Below, one piece after another: positions 20,876 to 32,667 of a stretch of DNA of 64,000 nt. Under the pieces are notes generated by a model that was not told where the DNA came from, searched no databases, and was given only the letters and a program-made list of their open reading frames with translations. Numbering within the stretch: the stretch's first letter is position 1; every line of letters starts with the position of its first letter. The DNA is taken from contig JAJREF010000005.1 in the NCBI GenBank assembly GCA_047459655.1, forward strand, positions 160,001-224,000. The letters run 5' to 3'. Origin of the DNA: Rhabdochlamydiaceae bacterium (GTDB lineage: Bacteria; Chlamydiota; Chlamydiia; Chlamydiales; Rhabdochlamydiaceae). Both the position numbers and the translations under genes were made by a program.

Positions 20876-21642
20876 GAAAATTTATCTTAAAAGTTTTTCG
20901 TGGAACTCCTGAAAAACAATATTGGGAGGAATTTGAGCTTGAGCTGAAGCCTTTTTACAACATCATATCTGCTTTAATGGACATACAGAAAACTCCTCAT
21001 AATCGGAAAGGAGAGAGGGTAGCTCCTGTTGCCTGGGAGCAAGGGTGTTTAGAAGAGGTATGTGGATCTTGTTCAATGTTGATCAATGGGAAACCAAGGC
21101 AGGCTTGTACAGCTCTTATTGAAAAGCTAATTGAAGCAACGGGTAGCTCTACTGTCACGTTAGCTCCGATGACCAAATTTGTCCTTATCCGGGATCTTGT
21201 GGTATCCCGAGACACGATGTTCAATAATTTAAAAAAGATGCACGCATGGATTGATGTCGATGGGTTTTTTGAGCGTGGAGTTGGCCCTAAGATGAGTCCC
21301 CAATTGCAAGATACGAGATATAAACTCTCCACATGTATGACATGTGGGTGTTGTTCTGAGGCGTGTCCCCAAGTCAACGAGCACTCCTCTTTCATGGGTC
21401 CTGCGCCCATCTCACAGGTGCGTCTTTTTAACTCTCATCCTACAGGTAAGATGCAGGCTTCCGAAAGACTCCATGCCTTGATGGAAAAAGAAGGGGTTGG
21501 TTGCGGCAATTCACAAAATTGCGTTGAGGTTTGCCCTAAAGAAATTCCTCTCACTGAATCACTTGCAGAGATGGGAAGAGAGGTGTCCAAACAAGCTTTC
21601 CGCGATTTATCTGGCTCCTTAAATCCCGAAGAAAAATTATAA
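20872..21642 (+). CDS. sdhB: succinate dehydrogenase iron-sulfur subunit
   Basis: CLEEVCGSC, CMTCGCCSEACP and CGNSQNCVEVCP clusters. Confidence 0.96.
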   Translation: MRKFILKVFRGTPEKQYWEEFELELKPFYNIISALMDIQKTPHNRKGERVAPVAWEQGCLEEVCGSCSMLINGKPRQACTALIEKLIEATGSSTVTLAPMTKFVLIRDLVVSRDTMFNNLKKMHAWIDVDGFFERGVGPKMSPQLQDTRYKLSTCMTCGCCSEACPQVNEHSSFMGPAPISQVRLFNSHPTGKMQASERLHALMEKEGVGCGNSQNCVEVCPKEIPLTESLAEMGREVSKQAFRDLSGSLNPEEKL

Positions 21643-21715
21643 ACTCACCTTGACGCAGAAAAGAGGTGAATTTTTTTTGGAATCTGATTTAATAGCCCTC
21701 TTTGGAGGAAAATCA

Positions 21716-22433
21716 ATGAGTCAGAAGAAACGAATACTATTAATCGAAGATGAAGAAGACATCGCTGCTCTTATAAAACTGCAAGCTGAAATGAGCGGAT
21801 ACAAACTTCATGTGGAAGTGGATGGGATCAATGGCTTTCAAGCTGTAAAAAGAGAGCGGCCTGATCTTGTGATTCTTGATATCATGTTACCTGGGCAGAA
21901 TGGATTTGATGTATGCCGTAAGATGAAAAGCGATCCTGATCTCAAAACTATTCCTATTATTATCGTGTCTGCTAAGGGAGAGGAATTAGATGTGATCTTA
22001 GGTTTAGAATTAGGCGCTGATGACTACGTTCCTAAACCTTTTTCTCCCAAAATTCTCTTTTCTCGTATTAGAGCTATTTTGCGTAGAGGGAAAGAGCCAG
22101 AAAAGCTCCTAAAGTGATCGGATTTGGAGAGTTCACTCTCGAAGTTGATCGTTATCTATTGCGTAAAGAAGATAAAATTGTAACAATTACCTTATCTGAG
22201 TTTGGCATATTGAAGAGGCTGCTCACTAACCGAGGTAAAGTGCTCACCCGCAATCAATTATTAGATGATGTGCATAATGATGATGCATTCATTGTAGATC
22301 GTAATATTGATGTCCACATCGCTTCTCTGAGAAAAAATTGGGCCCAAAATTTGATTGGATTGAAACAGTGCGAGGTGTAGGGTATCGTTTTAAAGAAGAG
22401 GCTATGCCTGCCCTTGCTAAAGATAGAGATTAG
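21716..22433 (+). CDS. OmpR/PhoB-family response regulator, two frameshifts
   Basis: receiver domain (IEDE, LDIMLP, GADDYVPKPF) and winged helix (DRNIDVHI, IETVRGVGYRF). Confidence 0.9.
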
Positions 22434-22442
22434 AAGGTTAAC

Positions 22443-22888
22443 ATGCAAAAAATTATCATTGTTTGTATATCAGCTGCCATTCTTGCTTTTGGATGTGAGA
22501 GTAAAGCGGGAACTGGCGCTCTTGCAGGTGGAGCTACGGGGGCTGTAGCTGGCGGCCTTATTGCTGGATCTGGGACTGGCGTTCTTATCGGTGCAGCAGC
22601 AGGAACTGTGGGAGGAGCCATCATTGGGGCTTCTCTGGAAGATTCTGATAGAGATTCCCTACAAAAAGAGAGTCCTCAGACAGTCAATAAAATCGATCAT
22701 GCACAGCCGCTGGACATCGATGATATCAAGCAGATGACAAAAGCAGGCTTCAGCGACCAGGTGATCATTACCCAAATTGACGCTACCCATAGCGTTTTTA
22801 CTTAAGTACCGCAGACATCATCGATCTAAAGAGTGCGAATGTGTCGCAAAAAGTGATCGACTACATGGTAAAAACAGGGAATCAATAG
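22443..22888 (+). CDS. glycine-zipper lipoprotein, frameshift near 22800
   Basis: LAFGC lipobox and GALAGGATGAVAGGLI glycine zipper; a second frame continues LSTADIIDLK..VIDYM. Confidence 0.8.
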
Positions 22889-22894
22889 GTGTTT

Positions 22895-23826
22895 TTAGAC
22901 TTTAGCAGATAAAAGAGGGAGAATGTCTTCCTGTGGCAGCGCAGTTGCAAGCGCAACCTGGTCTACTGAAAAGCCTTTTTCAAGCATAGCTTTGGCGGTT
23001 TCGATAAGCGCTGCTTGACGCCCTTCTTCGCATCCTTTCTTATGCCCCTCCTGAAGGCCTTCCTCATGTCCTTTCCTACGCCCTTCTCGGTGGCCTTCTT
23101 CACGTGCCTCTGTTTTAGCAGCGTCTATCATGCCTTGCGCATCTGCGGTATTCATAATGAGCTTTTCATACCATTGAAGCTCCCCTTCTGTCCAATGGTA
23201 GCGATCTAAGATTTCATAGGCTGCTTTAATTTCAGGATGGTTGGAAAGGACCGCTTCGATGTCCTTGCTCTCATCGGCGTGTTTGAGGAAATAGTACCAT
23301 CTGTCTTCAATGGTTTTGAGTTCTTCAAGGGTTTTTGTGAATTTTGGTAGTTCTACAAAGGTAAAATAAAAGTCCTTGAGATCGTTTTCATGGGAAAGGT
23401 TGTCTAGAATGACATGGTCAGATTTATACCCTTCTTTTTTCAGGAAAGACAACATAGTCAGTAATGGCTAAAAAAACAACTTTTTTCAAATCGGGGTATT
23501 TTTGCCTGCGCCAAAGTGAGCGCAATACGTTTTCGCAGCATAGTACTGCGCTCTTTTTTCAAAACCCTCGACTTTGGCAACTTGCATCTCGATGATATAT
23601 TTAACACCTGATTGATCTTCTACAAGAACATCCACAATGCTTTCCTTTCTGGCTTCAATTTCAGGAGCTTGTTTGGTGTTAAGAAACTCAAGAGAAATGA
23701 TTTTGTGCTTTCCTGTTAAATGAAATACAGCATTGAGAAAATCTATCGGAATACGTTTGTGCTTTTCAGCTCCAAACACTTTTTAAATGCTAAATCGTTT
23801 CTGGGATCTAAATATCTTGTAGACAT
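22895..23826 (-). CDS. Rpn family (PD-(D/E)xK) recombination-promoting nuclease/putative transposase, frameshifted
   Basis: YLDPRNDLAF, VDV..IIEMQ..RAQYY, FVELPKF and C-terminal EG repeats. Confidence 0.88.
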
Positions 23827-23876
23827 AGCATGAATCTAGCACGAAAGGAATTGGAAGACAATTTTTTTGATGGAAA

Positions 23877-23901
23877 GCCTCTTGCATAGATTGCAAGAGG
23901 C
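23877..23901. repeat. short palindrome with element-like termini
   Basis: GCCTCTTGCA-TAGAT-TGCAAGAGGC, perfect 10-bp arms. Confidence 0.55.
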
Positions 23902-24005
23902 CTGGATAAGCGCTACGTTCTTTTTTGTAGTATTTATGTCAAACATGATTTCTTAGAAAGCAGAAATTTATACGTTTGAATTGGAAAATCATATACACTG
24001 AGGAG

Positions 24006-25062
24006 ATGTTCACCTCAGAAATATCTCAACAAACAAGTAAAAATCCGCAGGTAAATCACCGCTCCTCTTTTGATGCGCAGGTCGGTAATCTGATCGGCAG
24101 CGCCGTCTCTTACTTTAGACAGATCACGCGCAGGTATGCTGTTTTCAATATGGGTTTTTTTCTTCTTGGTCTTTTTGAGGTTTTGGGGTTGATTCTTTTT
24201 TTCCATTTTTTGCACACTCTTCTCTTGTAGCTTTTGCTCTCGGAGCGATTTTTTTGACAGGTTTTGCTTATTTTATTCTTCGATTTTATTTAGAAGCAAA
24301 AAAGCCAGAGCAGTTTCTTCAGCTGAAAAAAGAATTTATCAGAATCTTGCCGGGACTGCTTTCTTATGAAGAAAAAGAATCGGGAAGCCATCTGCAGATC
24401 ACTCATATTGTCTACAGTTTACTGGAGCATCTTGAAGGACAAGAATGTCAATATTATGCGGCGTCTATTTATTTTAAATCGCTGCAACCTCTTTTAGAAA
24501 AATTCAGCCTGTGGTGTCATTGGCATGATACTCATCAGATGAAAGAGCTCTTACATTTTTACTGTATCCAGCAGCGGATTGAGTGGATCAAATTAGAGCC
24601 GACAAATGTTGAGGCGCATGCTGCCTTAGCAAAAGCTTATGAAGCACTCTATAAGTTATATATCGACCCTCAAAGACTGGGGAAAATATTCCCTACACAT
24701 TTATCATGAAAGAATACCAATCCTCTTCTATGGTAGAAAAATTCCAGCGGTCAGCAGAAAGAGCTTTAGAAGAGCTAAAGATTTTAGATGCTTACATCCC
24801 CCAAGATCCTTGGATCCATTCTGAAATGGCTGCAATTTACCATGATTTACAACTTCCTGATCAAGAAATCACCGAATATGAAATGCTGAGACTTATTGTG
24901 CCAGATGATAAGGAAATCCTTTTTAAATTAGGGGTCCTCTATTTCCAGCAAGGCAGAAACGCGCAAGGGCTTCGATTATATGAAGAGCTCAGAAGGGCAA
25001 AAGATCCAAAAGCTGGAGCTTTAATTCATTTTTATGACGCCTATAATTCTTCGCATTCGTAA
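24006..25062 (+). CDS. membrane-anchored TPR protein, two frameshifts
   Basis: two N-terminal TMs and TPR-like C-terminus (EILFKLGVLYFQQG..GLRLYEEL) across three ORF pieces. Confidence 0.75.
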
Positions 25063-25751
25063 ACAGTACTTTGTCTGTGGGGGCTTTTACAAGGAAGGTC
25101 ACTTTCAGATATATCTATGACTTCGTAGAGAGATCTTAAGGTAGCTTTTAGGGAGTTAATCCATAGATCTTTATTGGGGCTATGAGAAGAGAGGGGTGTG
25201 AGGAATTCTGTATGGGATCTTTCCTTCCGGTAGAGAGGTGTTTTCTTAGGGTGTAGTAGAAGTTCCATATGGGAAGGTTTAAAGTTCCATAGAAAAGAGG
25301 TGTGGTGTAGCCATCTGTCTTTTTTTATGTACTGCGCATTTCCACCGCATTTTTTGTTTCCAATCACGTAATCATTTTCTTTTAGAGAGATAAAAGGGAA
25401 TGCTTGGGCATAGATGGATGCTGACCATTTTAAAATAGGTTCTGGATAGGCGGGAAAAGGGTGGGAGGCCTTCTGGCAGATAAATGTCACAAAAATTGTT
25501 TCCTCATCGACAATCACGGTGCCACCTCCTGAGAAGCGTTTAATGATGGGGATGTTGCGAGACTGTGTTTTTGGAACGTCGATGAGTTCTCGTGTTTTTC
25601 CTGATATTCCCATGACAATTGCAGGAGAAGACCCTTCATTGATTAAACAAAAGTTGCGGCTATCGTGACGCAAAAGGGCTTCTTCGAGTTGCAGTTGGGA
25701 AAAGATGGGCATCCCTTTGAGGTGGAGAAGATAAAAGGGTATTGTGCTCAT
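25041..25751 (-). CDS. lplA: lipoate-protein ligase A family protein
   Basis: RFSGGGTV, NDY..KKCGGNAQ and HHTSFLW motifs; adjacent to mnmG. Confidence 0.88.
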   Translation of the reverse strand: MSTIPFYLLHLKGMPIFSQLQLEEALLRHDSRNFCLINEGSSPAIVMGISGKTRELIDVPKTQSRNIPIIKRFSGGGTVIVDEETIFVTFICQKASHPFPAYPEPILKWSASIYAQAFPFISLKENDYVIGNKKCGGNAQYIKKDRWLHHTSFLWNFKPSHMELLLHPKKTPLYRKERSHTEFLTPLSSHSPNKDLWINSLKATLRSLYEVIDISESDLPCKSPHRQSTVYECEEL

Positions 25752-25764
25752 AGGTTATACCATT

Positions 25765-27588
25765 TTAGGTATTACGTAAGTGCACCATCAGAACAAGAAT
25801 ATCAGCAGGAGAAATGCCTGAGATACGTGCGGCTTGTCCTAAGGTGGTTGGTTTAATTTTATGGAGTTTTTCTTTTGCTTCGTTGCCTAGTCCTTGAACA
25901 GAAAAATAATCAATATGTGAAGGGAGGAGCATCTCTTCGCTAGCTTTTAGTTTATCTGCTTCTTTCGACTGCCTTGCGATATAACCTGCATATTTTATTT
26001 CAAATTCAATGTGGAGGTTAATCTCAGGTGAGTGATGCTTGACGTGCTCAGGATGATGTTCGATTAATTTCTGATACGTCCATTCAGGGCGTGAAAGGAG
26101 CTGAGATAAAGAATTTGTTTTATCACCTGTTGGGATAAATTTCTTTTGCAATACAGTGATCTGCTCAGCAACGATTTGTTCTTTGAGGCGGAGTCTTTCT
26201 AGTTGGGTTTCATTGATTAGGCCTAGCGTGTATCCATAACGACGCAGTCTAATGTCTGCATTGTCTTGCCGGAGGAGCAAGCGATGTTCTGCTCTACTTG
26301 TAAACATGCGGTAGGGCTCATCGAGTTCTTTGGTGATCAATTCATCAATCATGACTCCAATGTATGACTCAGCGCGACTTAATTGAAATAAGGGTTTACC
26401 TAAGACTTTACAAGCGGCATTAATACCTGCAATTAGGCCTTGCCCTGCAGCTTCTTCGTAACCGGTAGTTCCGTTGATTTGCCCTGCAAAAAAAAGACCT
26501 TCAACTGTTTTTGTTTCTAAACAAGAAGTGAGCTGTCCTGAAATGACATAATCATATTCGATAGCATAGGCAGGACGCATGATTTCTGCTTTTTGTAGGC
26601 CAGGGATTGTATGGAGCATTTGTAGTTGCACATCAAAAGGAAGGGATGTAGAGATCCCATTGATATACATTTCTTGTGTTTGTACTCCTTCTGGTTCGAT
26701 GAAGAGTTGGTGTCTTTCTTTGTCTGCAAAACGCACAAACTTATCCTCAATAGAGGGGCAATAGCGGGGGCCTACGCTGTGGATTTTTCCTGAATACATC
26801 GGAGAGAGATGAAGGTTGTCTTGGACGACTTTTTTTGTTTCTTCAGAGGTGTAGGTGATATAGCAGGAGGCAGGAGGAAGCCCTTCCCCTTCTTTTGGAT
26901 CAAAAGAAAAACGAACTCCATGATCTCCATGTTGTTCTTCCATTTGAGAGAAATCCAAACTGCGACGGTTCACCCTAGGGGGCGTTCCTGTTTTCAAGCG
27001 CTTTAACTGAAATCCTAGCTTTGTGAGACTGGCAGAGAGGCCGATAGAAGGTAAATCTCCTGTTCTTCCGCCAGCAAAAGTGGTTGCTCCAATATGAATA
27101 AGCCCGCGCATAAAAGTGCCAGAAGAGATGATCACGGTTTTTCCTACATAGGCGATTCCTTCTACTGTTTCTACGCCGATAATTTTGCCATTTTCAACAA
27201 TGAGGGAATCGGTTGTACCTTGCTTGATGTAGAGGTTAGGTGTTTGCTCAAGTCTGTGTTTCATGGCTGTTTGATAGGCAAGCTTGTCGACTTGGGCTCT
27301 TGGAGACCAGACAGCAGGACCTTTGGAGGCATTCAACATCCGATATTGGATTGCGGTTTCTTCTGTTACTTTTCCCATGATGCCACCGAGTGCATCGATT
27401 TCTCGAACAATGTGTCCCTTTGCAGTTCCACCTACCGCAGGATTGCAGCTCAATTTGCAAATGGTATCGAGATTCATGGTGAGTAGGAGAGTGGAAGCTC
27501 CTATTTTTGCAGAGGCGTGAGCAGCCTCACAGCCTGCATGGCCTGCGCCTACAACAATGACATCGAACTGTTCTGGATATTTCCACAT
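25765..27588 (-). CDS. mnmG: tRNA uridine-5-carboxymethylaminomethyl synthesis enzyme
   Basis: [23 protein letters not shown] and [14 protein letters not shown] motifs. Confidence 0.98.
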   Translation of the reverse strand: MWKYPEQFDVIVVGAGHAGCEAAHASAKIGASTLLLTMNLDTICKLSCNPAVGGTAKGHIVREIDALGGIMGKVTEETAIQYRMLNASKGPAVWSPRAQVDKLAYQTAMKHRLEQTPNLYIKQGTTDSLIVENGKIIGVETVEGIAYVGKTVIISSGTFMRGLIHIGATTFAGGRTGDLPSIGLSASLTKLGFQLKRLKTGTPPRVNRRSLDFSQMEEQHGDHGVRFSFDPKEGEGLPPASCYITYTSEETKKVVQDNLHLSPMYSGKIHSVGPRYCPSIEDKFVRFADKERHQLFIEPEGVQTQEMYINGISTSLPFDVQLQMLHTIPGLQKAEIMRPAYAIEYDYVISGQLTSCLETKTVEGLFFAGQINGTTGYEEAAGQGLIAGINAACKVLGKPLFQLSRAESYIGVMIDELITKELDEPYRMFTSRAEHRLLLRQDNADIRLRRYGYTLGLINETQLERLRLKEQIVAEQITVLQKKFIPTGDKTNSLSQLLSRPEWTYQKLIEHHPEHVKHHSPEINLHIEFEIKYAGYIARQSKEADKLKASEEMLLPSHIDYFSVQGLGNEAKEKLHKIKPTTLGQAARISGISPADILVLMVHLRNT

Positions 27589-27642
27589 AAGCTAGACGCT
27601 TAGTATATATCTTTGACGATCTTAGAGCAAGAAGGGATGGTT

Positions 27643-27686
27643 ATACCGTTTCCATTAAATATAAATTTATTTAATGGAAATGGTGT
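27643..27686. repeat. intergenic inverted repeat
   Basis: ATACCGTTTCCATTAAAT / ATTTAATGGAAATGGTGT 18-bp arms with two G-T pairs. Confidence 0.7.
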
Positions 27687-27888
27687 TATTTAGTCTTATG
27701 ACGATCTCTACGGCTACGTTTTTTTCTTTTATGTTTAGCCATTTTATACTTTCTTTTCTTCTTTACTGATGACATTCAAGATGCTCCGATATGTTAAATT
27801 TAATTTTAAAATTCTGGGAATATAAAAGACACATCCCCTCTTTTGCCTGTATCCTATAGCATTTGGTGTGATTTTTGCAACTGTAGTT

Positions 27889-29462
27889 TCAGGTAGCCAC
27901 TTCTTGAGGTTTGTTAGATTCAGTAGTGGGCTCTTCTTCTGGAAGGGCGATTGTTTCATCTTGTGAAACAAGCACGTTGAACTGTTTTCCTAGAGAGATA
28001 ACAGCGATCATCCAAGCAACGATGGCTAAAAGGAAGATGGCACCGACGTAGGGAACCGTTGAGCCTACGGTGCCTAGGAATATCAAGAGTGTCTGGTAGA
28101 TTAAAGCAGCGCCCGATTTTCCTAATCTAGATCCAACACCATCAATAGCGGCTTTCCCTTTTAACTTTGATTCTTTACTTAAGGGGATAAAGGCTAGCTC
28201 TTTTGTGGCGTCAAAAATAGTGTATTTGGAGGCTCTTGAAAAACAGTGTTGGAGAGAGCCAAAGAAGACGCCGATCATTTGAGGTGTGCTGCCTAGAACA
28301 AGAGAAATCATAAGCCCAAAAGAGGTGTTTTTAAAGATAAGAAAGGAGAAAAATCCAAGACCAGCAACGAGAAGGATAACAGGCGGGATAAGGGCATTAG
28401 CAGTCCAGCTCCATTTTCGGATAACAGTCGCAGATATGATGGCAACGATGGTTGCGGTGATCCCAATCCACATGGTGACTTTACCCATGTAGGCATTAAA
28501 ATCATTAGGATGGGGGCAGATCTGCAGGAGCTGATCTTTCCAAGTGACTTCTGTAAGGTTCATACAGATGTTATAAGTAAGCACGATAGTTGCAATGCAA
28601 AGTAAATATTTTGATTTAGCTAGGTAGCTAAAGGTCTTACGGAGACTTATCTTGAAGTCAGGTTTGTCGGTAGGGGGGCTGAGGTGGTGGGAGAAGTCTT
28701 GGTGTGTTAAAATATTTTTGTGTAGCCAGCGGAAAATCCCGATGATCAGAAAGCCACTAAAGATAATAACTGAGGTTAGTACTAAAAGAGAATATTGCCA
28801 TGGATCTGAACCGTGAAAGCTGCCCCAGTGGATCCCTAATTTAGAGATGACAGCTGATAAACTTCCAGCCCCAATGGCAGAGAGGTTACCGCCCACCAAA
28901 ATCAACACATAAAATCTTTTAGCCGTATGTACATTTAAAATTTCATTTGCAAAGCCCCAGAAGAGGACAGTCATGATGGTTGTTCCCCAGAGCTCTGCCA
29001 TCACATAGAAAGTGGTGTAGGTCCAGTTCCGGAGAAGTGCTACAAGTCCTTTACATCCAATAGGGAGCATGGTCTCCAGTTTGTCTGCAAATTCATGGGG
29101 ATGTAAATAATCTTTTAATGGGTAGAGAACTCCCGCAAAAAGGATGAAAAATCCTAAAAAGATGCTCATCATGATATAAAAAACTTTTTCTCTACTAAAA
29201 CGATTGGTCAACCTGGTAAACAGCAGGGTCATTAGCAGAGCCATGGGTAAGATTACCCATAGCTTAATAAAAGGAAGGATTTCCGCTCCTGAAGAGGGGG
29301 CAGTAATGACTAAAGAATCTTTTGCAGGTCGTAGAACGTTATAATTAAAACAAATGAAAAGAAAATTAACACCAGGGGGAGGAAGAGCTTCAGCTCACTC
29401 TTATGGACAGGGCAGAACAAAGAACGAAACTTACCAAATCCCTGAGAAGAGGATGTGCTCAT
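27889..29462 (-). CDS. Npt/Tlc nucleotide (ATP/ADP) transporter, frameshift near 29370
   Basis: FYVMAELWG..LFWGFAN and KGKAAIDGVGSRLGKSG motifs. Confidence 0.92.
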
Positions 29463-29562
29463 CGAACTCCCGTATTGATGACTTCACTGAACTGGCGCGT
29501 AAAATATTTTTATATTTAAAATAAATATATGCGCTTCATTATAGAGGGTTTTTGTTTATATG

Positions 29563-31004
29563 TCAATCGGGCGAGAAGGCTGCAAAAGCGTCTTTATTAT
29601 CTTTGGCAAAGGAGGGGTTAGTAGAGGCAGCTGAGTAGTTAGCAAACTGAGCGACTTCTTTGCGGAAGGCCATATTGATAGTTCCTACGCCTCCATGACG
29701 ATTTTTAGCAACGATGAGCTCGGCCATCCCAGGCTTATCATAGGGGTCATAGTATTCCCGTCTTAACAGGAACATCACAACGTCAGAGTCTTGTTCGATG
29801 GATCCACTTTCTCGGAGATCACTCATCATAGGTCTATGTCCTTGCCTTTCTTCAACTTTACGCGAGAGCTGAGAGAGGCAAAGAATCGGGATGTCGAGCT
29901 CCCTAGCAAGCGTTTTGAGCATGCGCGATATTTCGGAAATCTCGCTTTGTCTATTTTCAACATTGCGAACATGTCCAGATCCAGACAGAAGCTGCAGGTA
30001 ATCAACAACAAGGAAGGAGATGTTATGCGACTCTTTCATGCGCCTAGCTCTTGCACGTAGATCGGTAATTTTGAGTCCCGGTTGGTCATCAATGATCAAT
30101 GTATGCTTTTGCATCCTGTTAACAGCGGTCACAATTTTTTGAAATTCGTTCCCATTTAGAGCGCCTGTTCTGATTTTATCAGATTCGACATCTGATTGAG
30201 AGCAAATGATCCGGTGTAAGAGTTGATCAGCTGTCATCTCTAAAGAGAATATTCCAACGGCTTGATGGTTTTTAAAGCAGACGTTTTCTACGATGTTCAG
30301 CGCAAGAGCTGTTTTCCCATCGCGGGGCGGGCTGCTAAGATCATTAAGTTAGAGGCCCCGAGGCCATTGATCATTTTATCAAGATCAATGAAATGGGTTG
30401 GAATCCCCGTGATCCCTAGATCCCCTTCTGTGCGACTTAAAAATTTTTCTTGCCTTTCTTGCAGCTCCTTTAAATACGGTAGCTTCGAAGGAGCTTTTGC
30501 ACCTGATAGGAGATCTTTGAGTTGAAGTCCTGCCACAGGGTTCGCTGATTGGCTGATGTTAAAAAATTTTTGTTGAGCTGTATCCAACGCATTATGGACA
30601 TCTTCTGGTTCATCAAAGGCTTGTTTTTCGACTTCCTGTGAAGCATAGATCATCCGCCGTAAAAGAGATTTATTGCGCACTAAATCGGCATACTCTTCAA
30701 TATACGCAGCCGTTCCTGCATACTGAGCAAGTGTTGTAACATAGCTAACGCCGCCTGCTGCATTGAGCTTTCCTGAGCGCTTTAGCTCTTCACAGATGAG
30801 GTGAACATCGGCAGGCTTATCTTGCTTATAGCAATTACGAAGAGCTTCAAAAATAAGCTTGTGTTCGTTGTAGTAAAAATCTGTTTCATCCAAGGAGTCA
30901 GCTGCGACATTTAAGCTGCCGATGGAGGTGAGCATGCAGCCCAAAACAATCATTTCTGATTCTTTGGAATTGGGTGGGATTTTTGTTTTTGAGTTCTCGT
31001 TCAT
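29563..31004 (-). CDS. dnaB: replicative DNA helicase, frameshifted near 30280-30310
   Basis: AARPAMGK Walker A, VDYLQL and SDLRESGSIEQDSD motifs. Confidence 0.97.
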
Positions 31005-31051
31005 ACTATAACCAGACAGTAAAAGAAAGCCTTGATTTGTTCCAGAAAAAT

Positions 31052-31138
31052 CGGAAAGAGTGGGATTTGAACCCACGGTACCCGTAAAGGTACGCGTCCT
31101 TAGCAGGGACGTGCCTTCGGCCGCTCAGCCATCTTTCC
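31052..31138 (-). tRNA. tRNA-Ser (GCT)
   Basis: reverse complement GGAAAGATGGCTGAGCGG..CCTGCTAAGG, long variable arm, GGTTCAAATCC. Confidence 0.95.
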
Positions 31139-31198
31139 TTAAGGGAAACACTTTAGACCTTAGCTACGCAACAGGTCTTATCAGTTCGGAAGAGGTCT

Positions 31199-31226
31199 AT
31201 TATATTCTTTGAGAGGTATTAGTCAA
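31199..31226 (-). promoter_or_regulatory. putative promoter for tRNA-Ser/dnaB
   Basis: TTGACT-N16-TATAAT on the minus strand. Confidence 0.45.
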
Positions 31227-32100
31227 TGAGGATTGACGCTGATTAAAATAGAAAGAGAGAGGCCCGTGATCACTACGAGGGAAAAGAAAATACTTGTCTT
31301 GCCCAGCGATGATCATTGGAGCATGTAAATCCTTTTACACAAATCCAAAGCCACGTACTTCCAAGGATGCAGGCTGTCATCAGGTAGACATCCCCTACAT
31401 ATCCCAAGATAAAGGGCACTAGTGAGATACCTACAAAGGCGATTGTGTAGAAAAGCATCTGCACCTTGGTATGGAATATTCCTTTTTTATTTGGCAGAAC
31501 AGGAATAGACCCTGCAGCATAGTCCTCCAGGCGATAGATCGCAATCGCAAAGAAGTGAGGCATCTGCCAGAGAACCAATATAGCAAACAATAGAAGAGCG
31601 CATAGATCAAGAGCGTTAGATACAGCACAATATCCAACGACAGGTGGTATTGCCCCCGCTACACTTCCAATCAAAGTGAAGTGCACGGTTTTATATTTTG
31701 CAAAACTGTATAAGAAAACATACACAACGAGTCCTACAAGTGCAATGAGTGTAGCAAGAGGGTTTGTAAATATAAAAAGGCATCCTGCTCCAAGAAGGCC
31801 CAGAGAGGTTCCGAACGTAAGGGCCGACTTTTTCGATATGTCTCCTGTGACAAGAGAGCGATTTTTTGTTCTTTTCATTTTTTTATCTAGGTCACAGTCG
31901 ATGTAGTTGTTAAATACGCAAGCAGATGCCATGACAAGAGAAAGGCCCAGGAGAGTCGCTATACAAAGGGAAGGATTGAACGTTCCTTTTGCAGCCAGAA
32001 CAAAGCCTGCAATGGTGGTCAAAATATTTCCAAAAATAATTCCTGGTTTTGTTAAAAACCAATAGAGCCGCGCTCTCAAACTAAGAGTTGAAGTAGACAT
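31223..32100 (-). CDS. cyoE: heme o synthase (protoheme IX farnesyltransferase), frameshift near the 3' end
   Basis: LTKPGI, FNNYIDCDLDKKMKRT and WQMPHFFAI motifs. Confidence 0.95.
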
Positions 32101-32181
32101 AATAAAAGCCTTTGTGAAGAGGTCTCTTGACGCAGATTCGTTAAAATGTATATTGATGGCAAGAGAAAACCGGAGATTGAC

Positions 32182-32340
32182 ATGAAAAAAATAGCGTTTT
32201 TATATGTTTTTATGATTGCTTGTGCAGCTCTTTCATCTTGTTCCAAAGAAGCAATTAAAAAAGACTGTAACATGGCTGAGTGTGCCTGTGGAGAGGTGTG
32301 CGCGTGTAGCGCAAATTGTCCCTGCAAGTGCAATCCCTAA
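32182..32340 (+). CDS. small Cys-rich lipoprotein, metallothionein-like or OmcA-like
   Basis: GGAG RBS, MKK start, LSSC lipobox, then 8 Cys in CNMAECACGEVCACSANCPCKC. Confidence 0.75.
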   Translation: MKKIAFLYVFMIACAALSSCSKEAIKKDCNMAECACGEVCACSANCPCKCNP

Positions 32341-32342
32341 TT

Positions 32343-32666
32343 TTACATGTTAGGCATCATGTTGTAGTCGAGACTGTACATGATCCATAGAGAGCCGCCA
32401 ACGATAATGACCAGCACGATAGCAGTAAAGATAAGAGAGATGAGGCTCCAGCGGGGGTGGGATTCTGCATTGATATGTAGAAAGAAGATGCATTGTAAAA
32501 GGGCTTGCAAAGTGGCAAGGCCCAGGATGAGATAAACAAGAGGCAAACCACTTGATAGATGGTTTTTTGTAATCAGGTAAGCAAGTAAAGTCAAAATGAG
32601 GGAGAGCACAAATCCAATGACAAGAGGTTTGCTGCTTTTATTCCATTTATACTGTAGATCGATCAT
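32343..32666 (-). CDS. cyoD: cytochrome bo3 ubiquinol oxidase subunit IV
   Basis: IGFVLSLILT, FFLH and GSLWIM motifs. Confidence 0.93.
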   Translation of the reverse strand: MIDLQYKWNKSSKPLVIGFVLSLILTLLAYLITKNHLSSGLPLVYLILGLATLQALLQCIFFLHINAESHPRWSLISLIFTAIVLVIIVGGSLWIMYSLDYNMMPNM

Positions 32667-32667
32667 T

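Noticed and set aside
21716..22433. orphan response regulator as a novelty
   Set aside because: It is a standard OmpR-type protein, and its kinase may simply lie elsewhere in the genome.
23020..23110. 12-bp periodic repeats as a separate repeat locus
   Set aside because: They encode the EGxx repeats typical of Rpn C-termini.
27744..27971. 75-aa ORF downstream of the Npt gene
   Set aside because: It overlaps the Npt 3' end in another frame and runs into AT-rich intergenic DNA with no RBS or motif.
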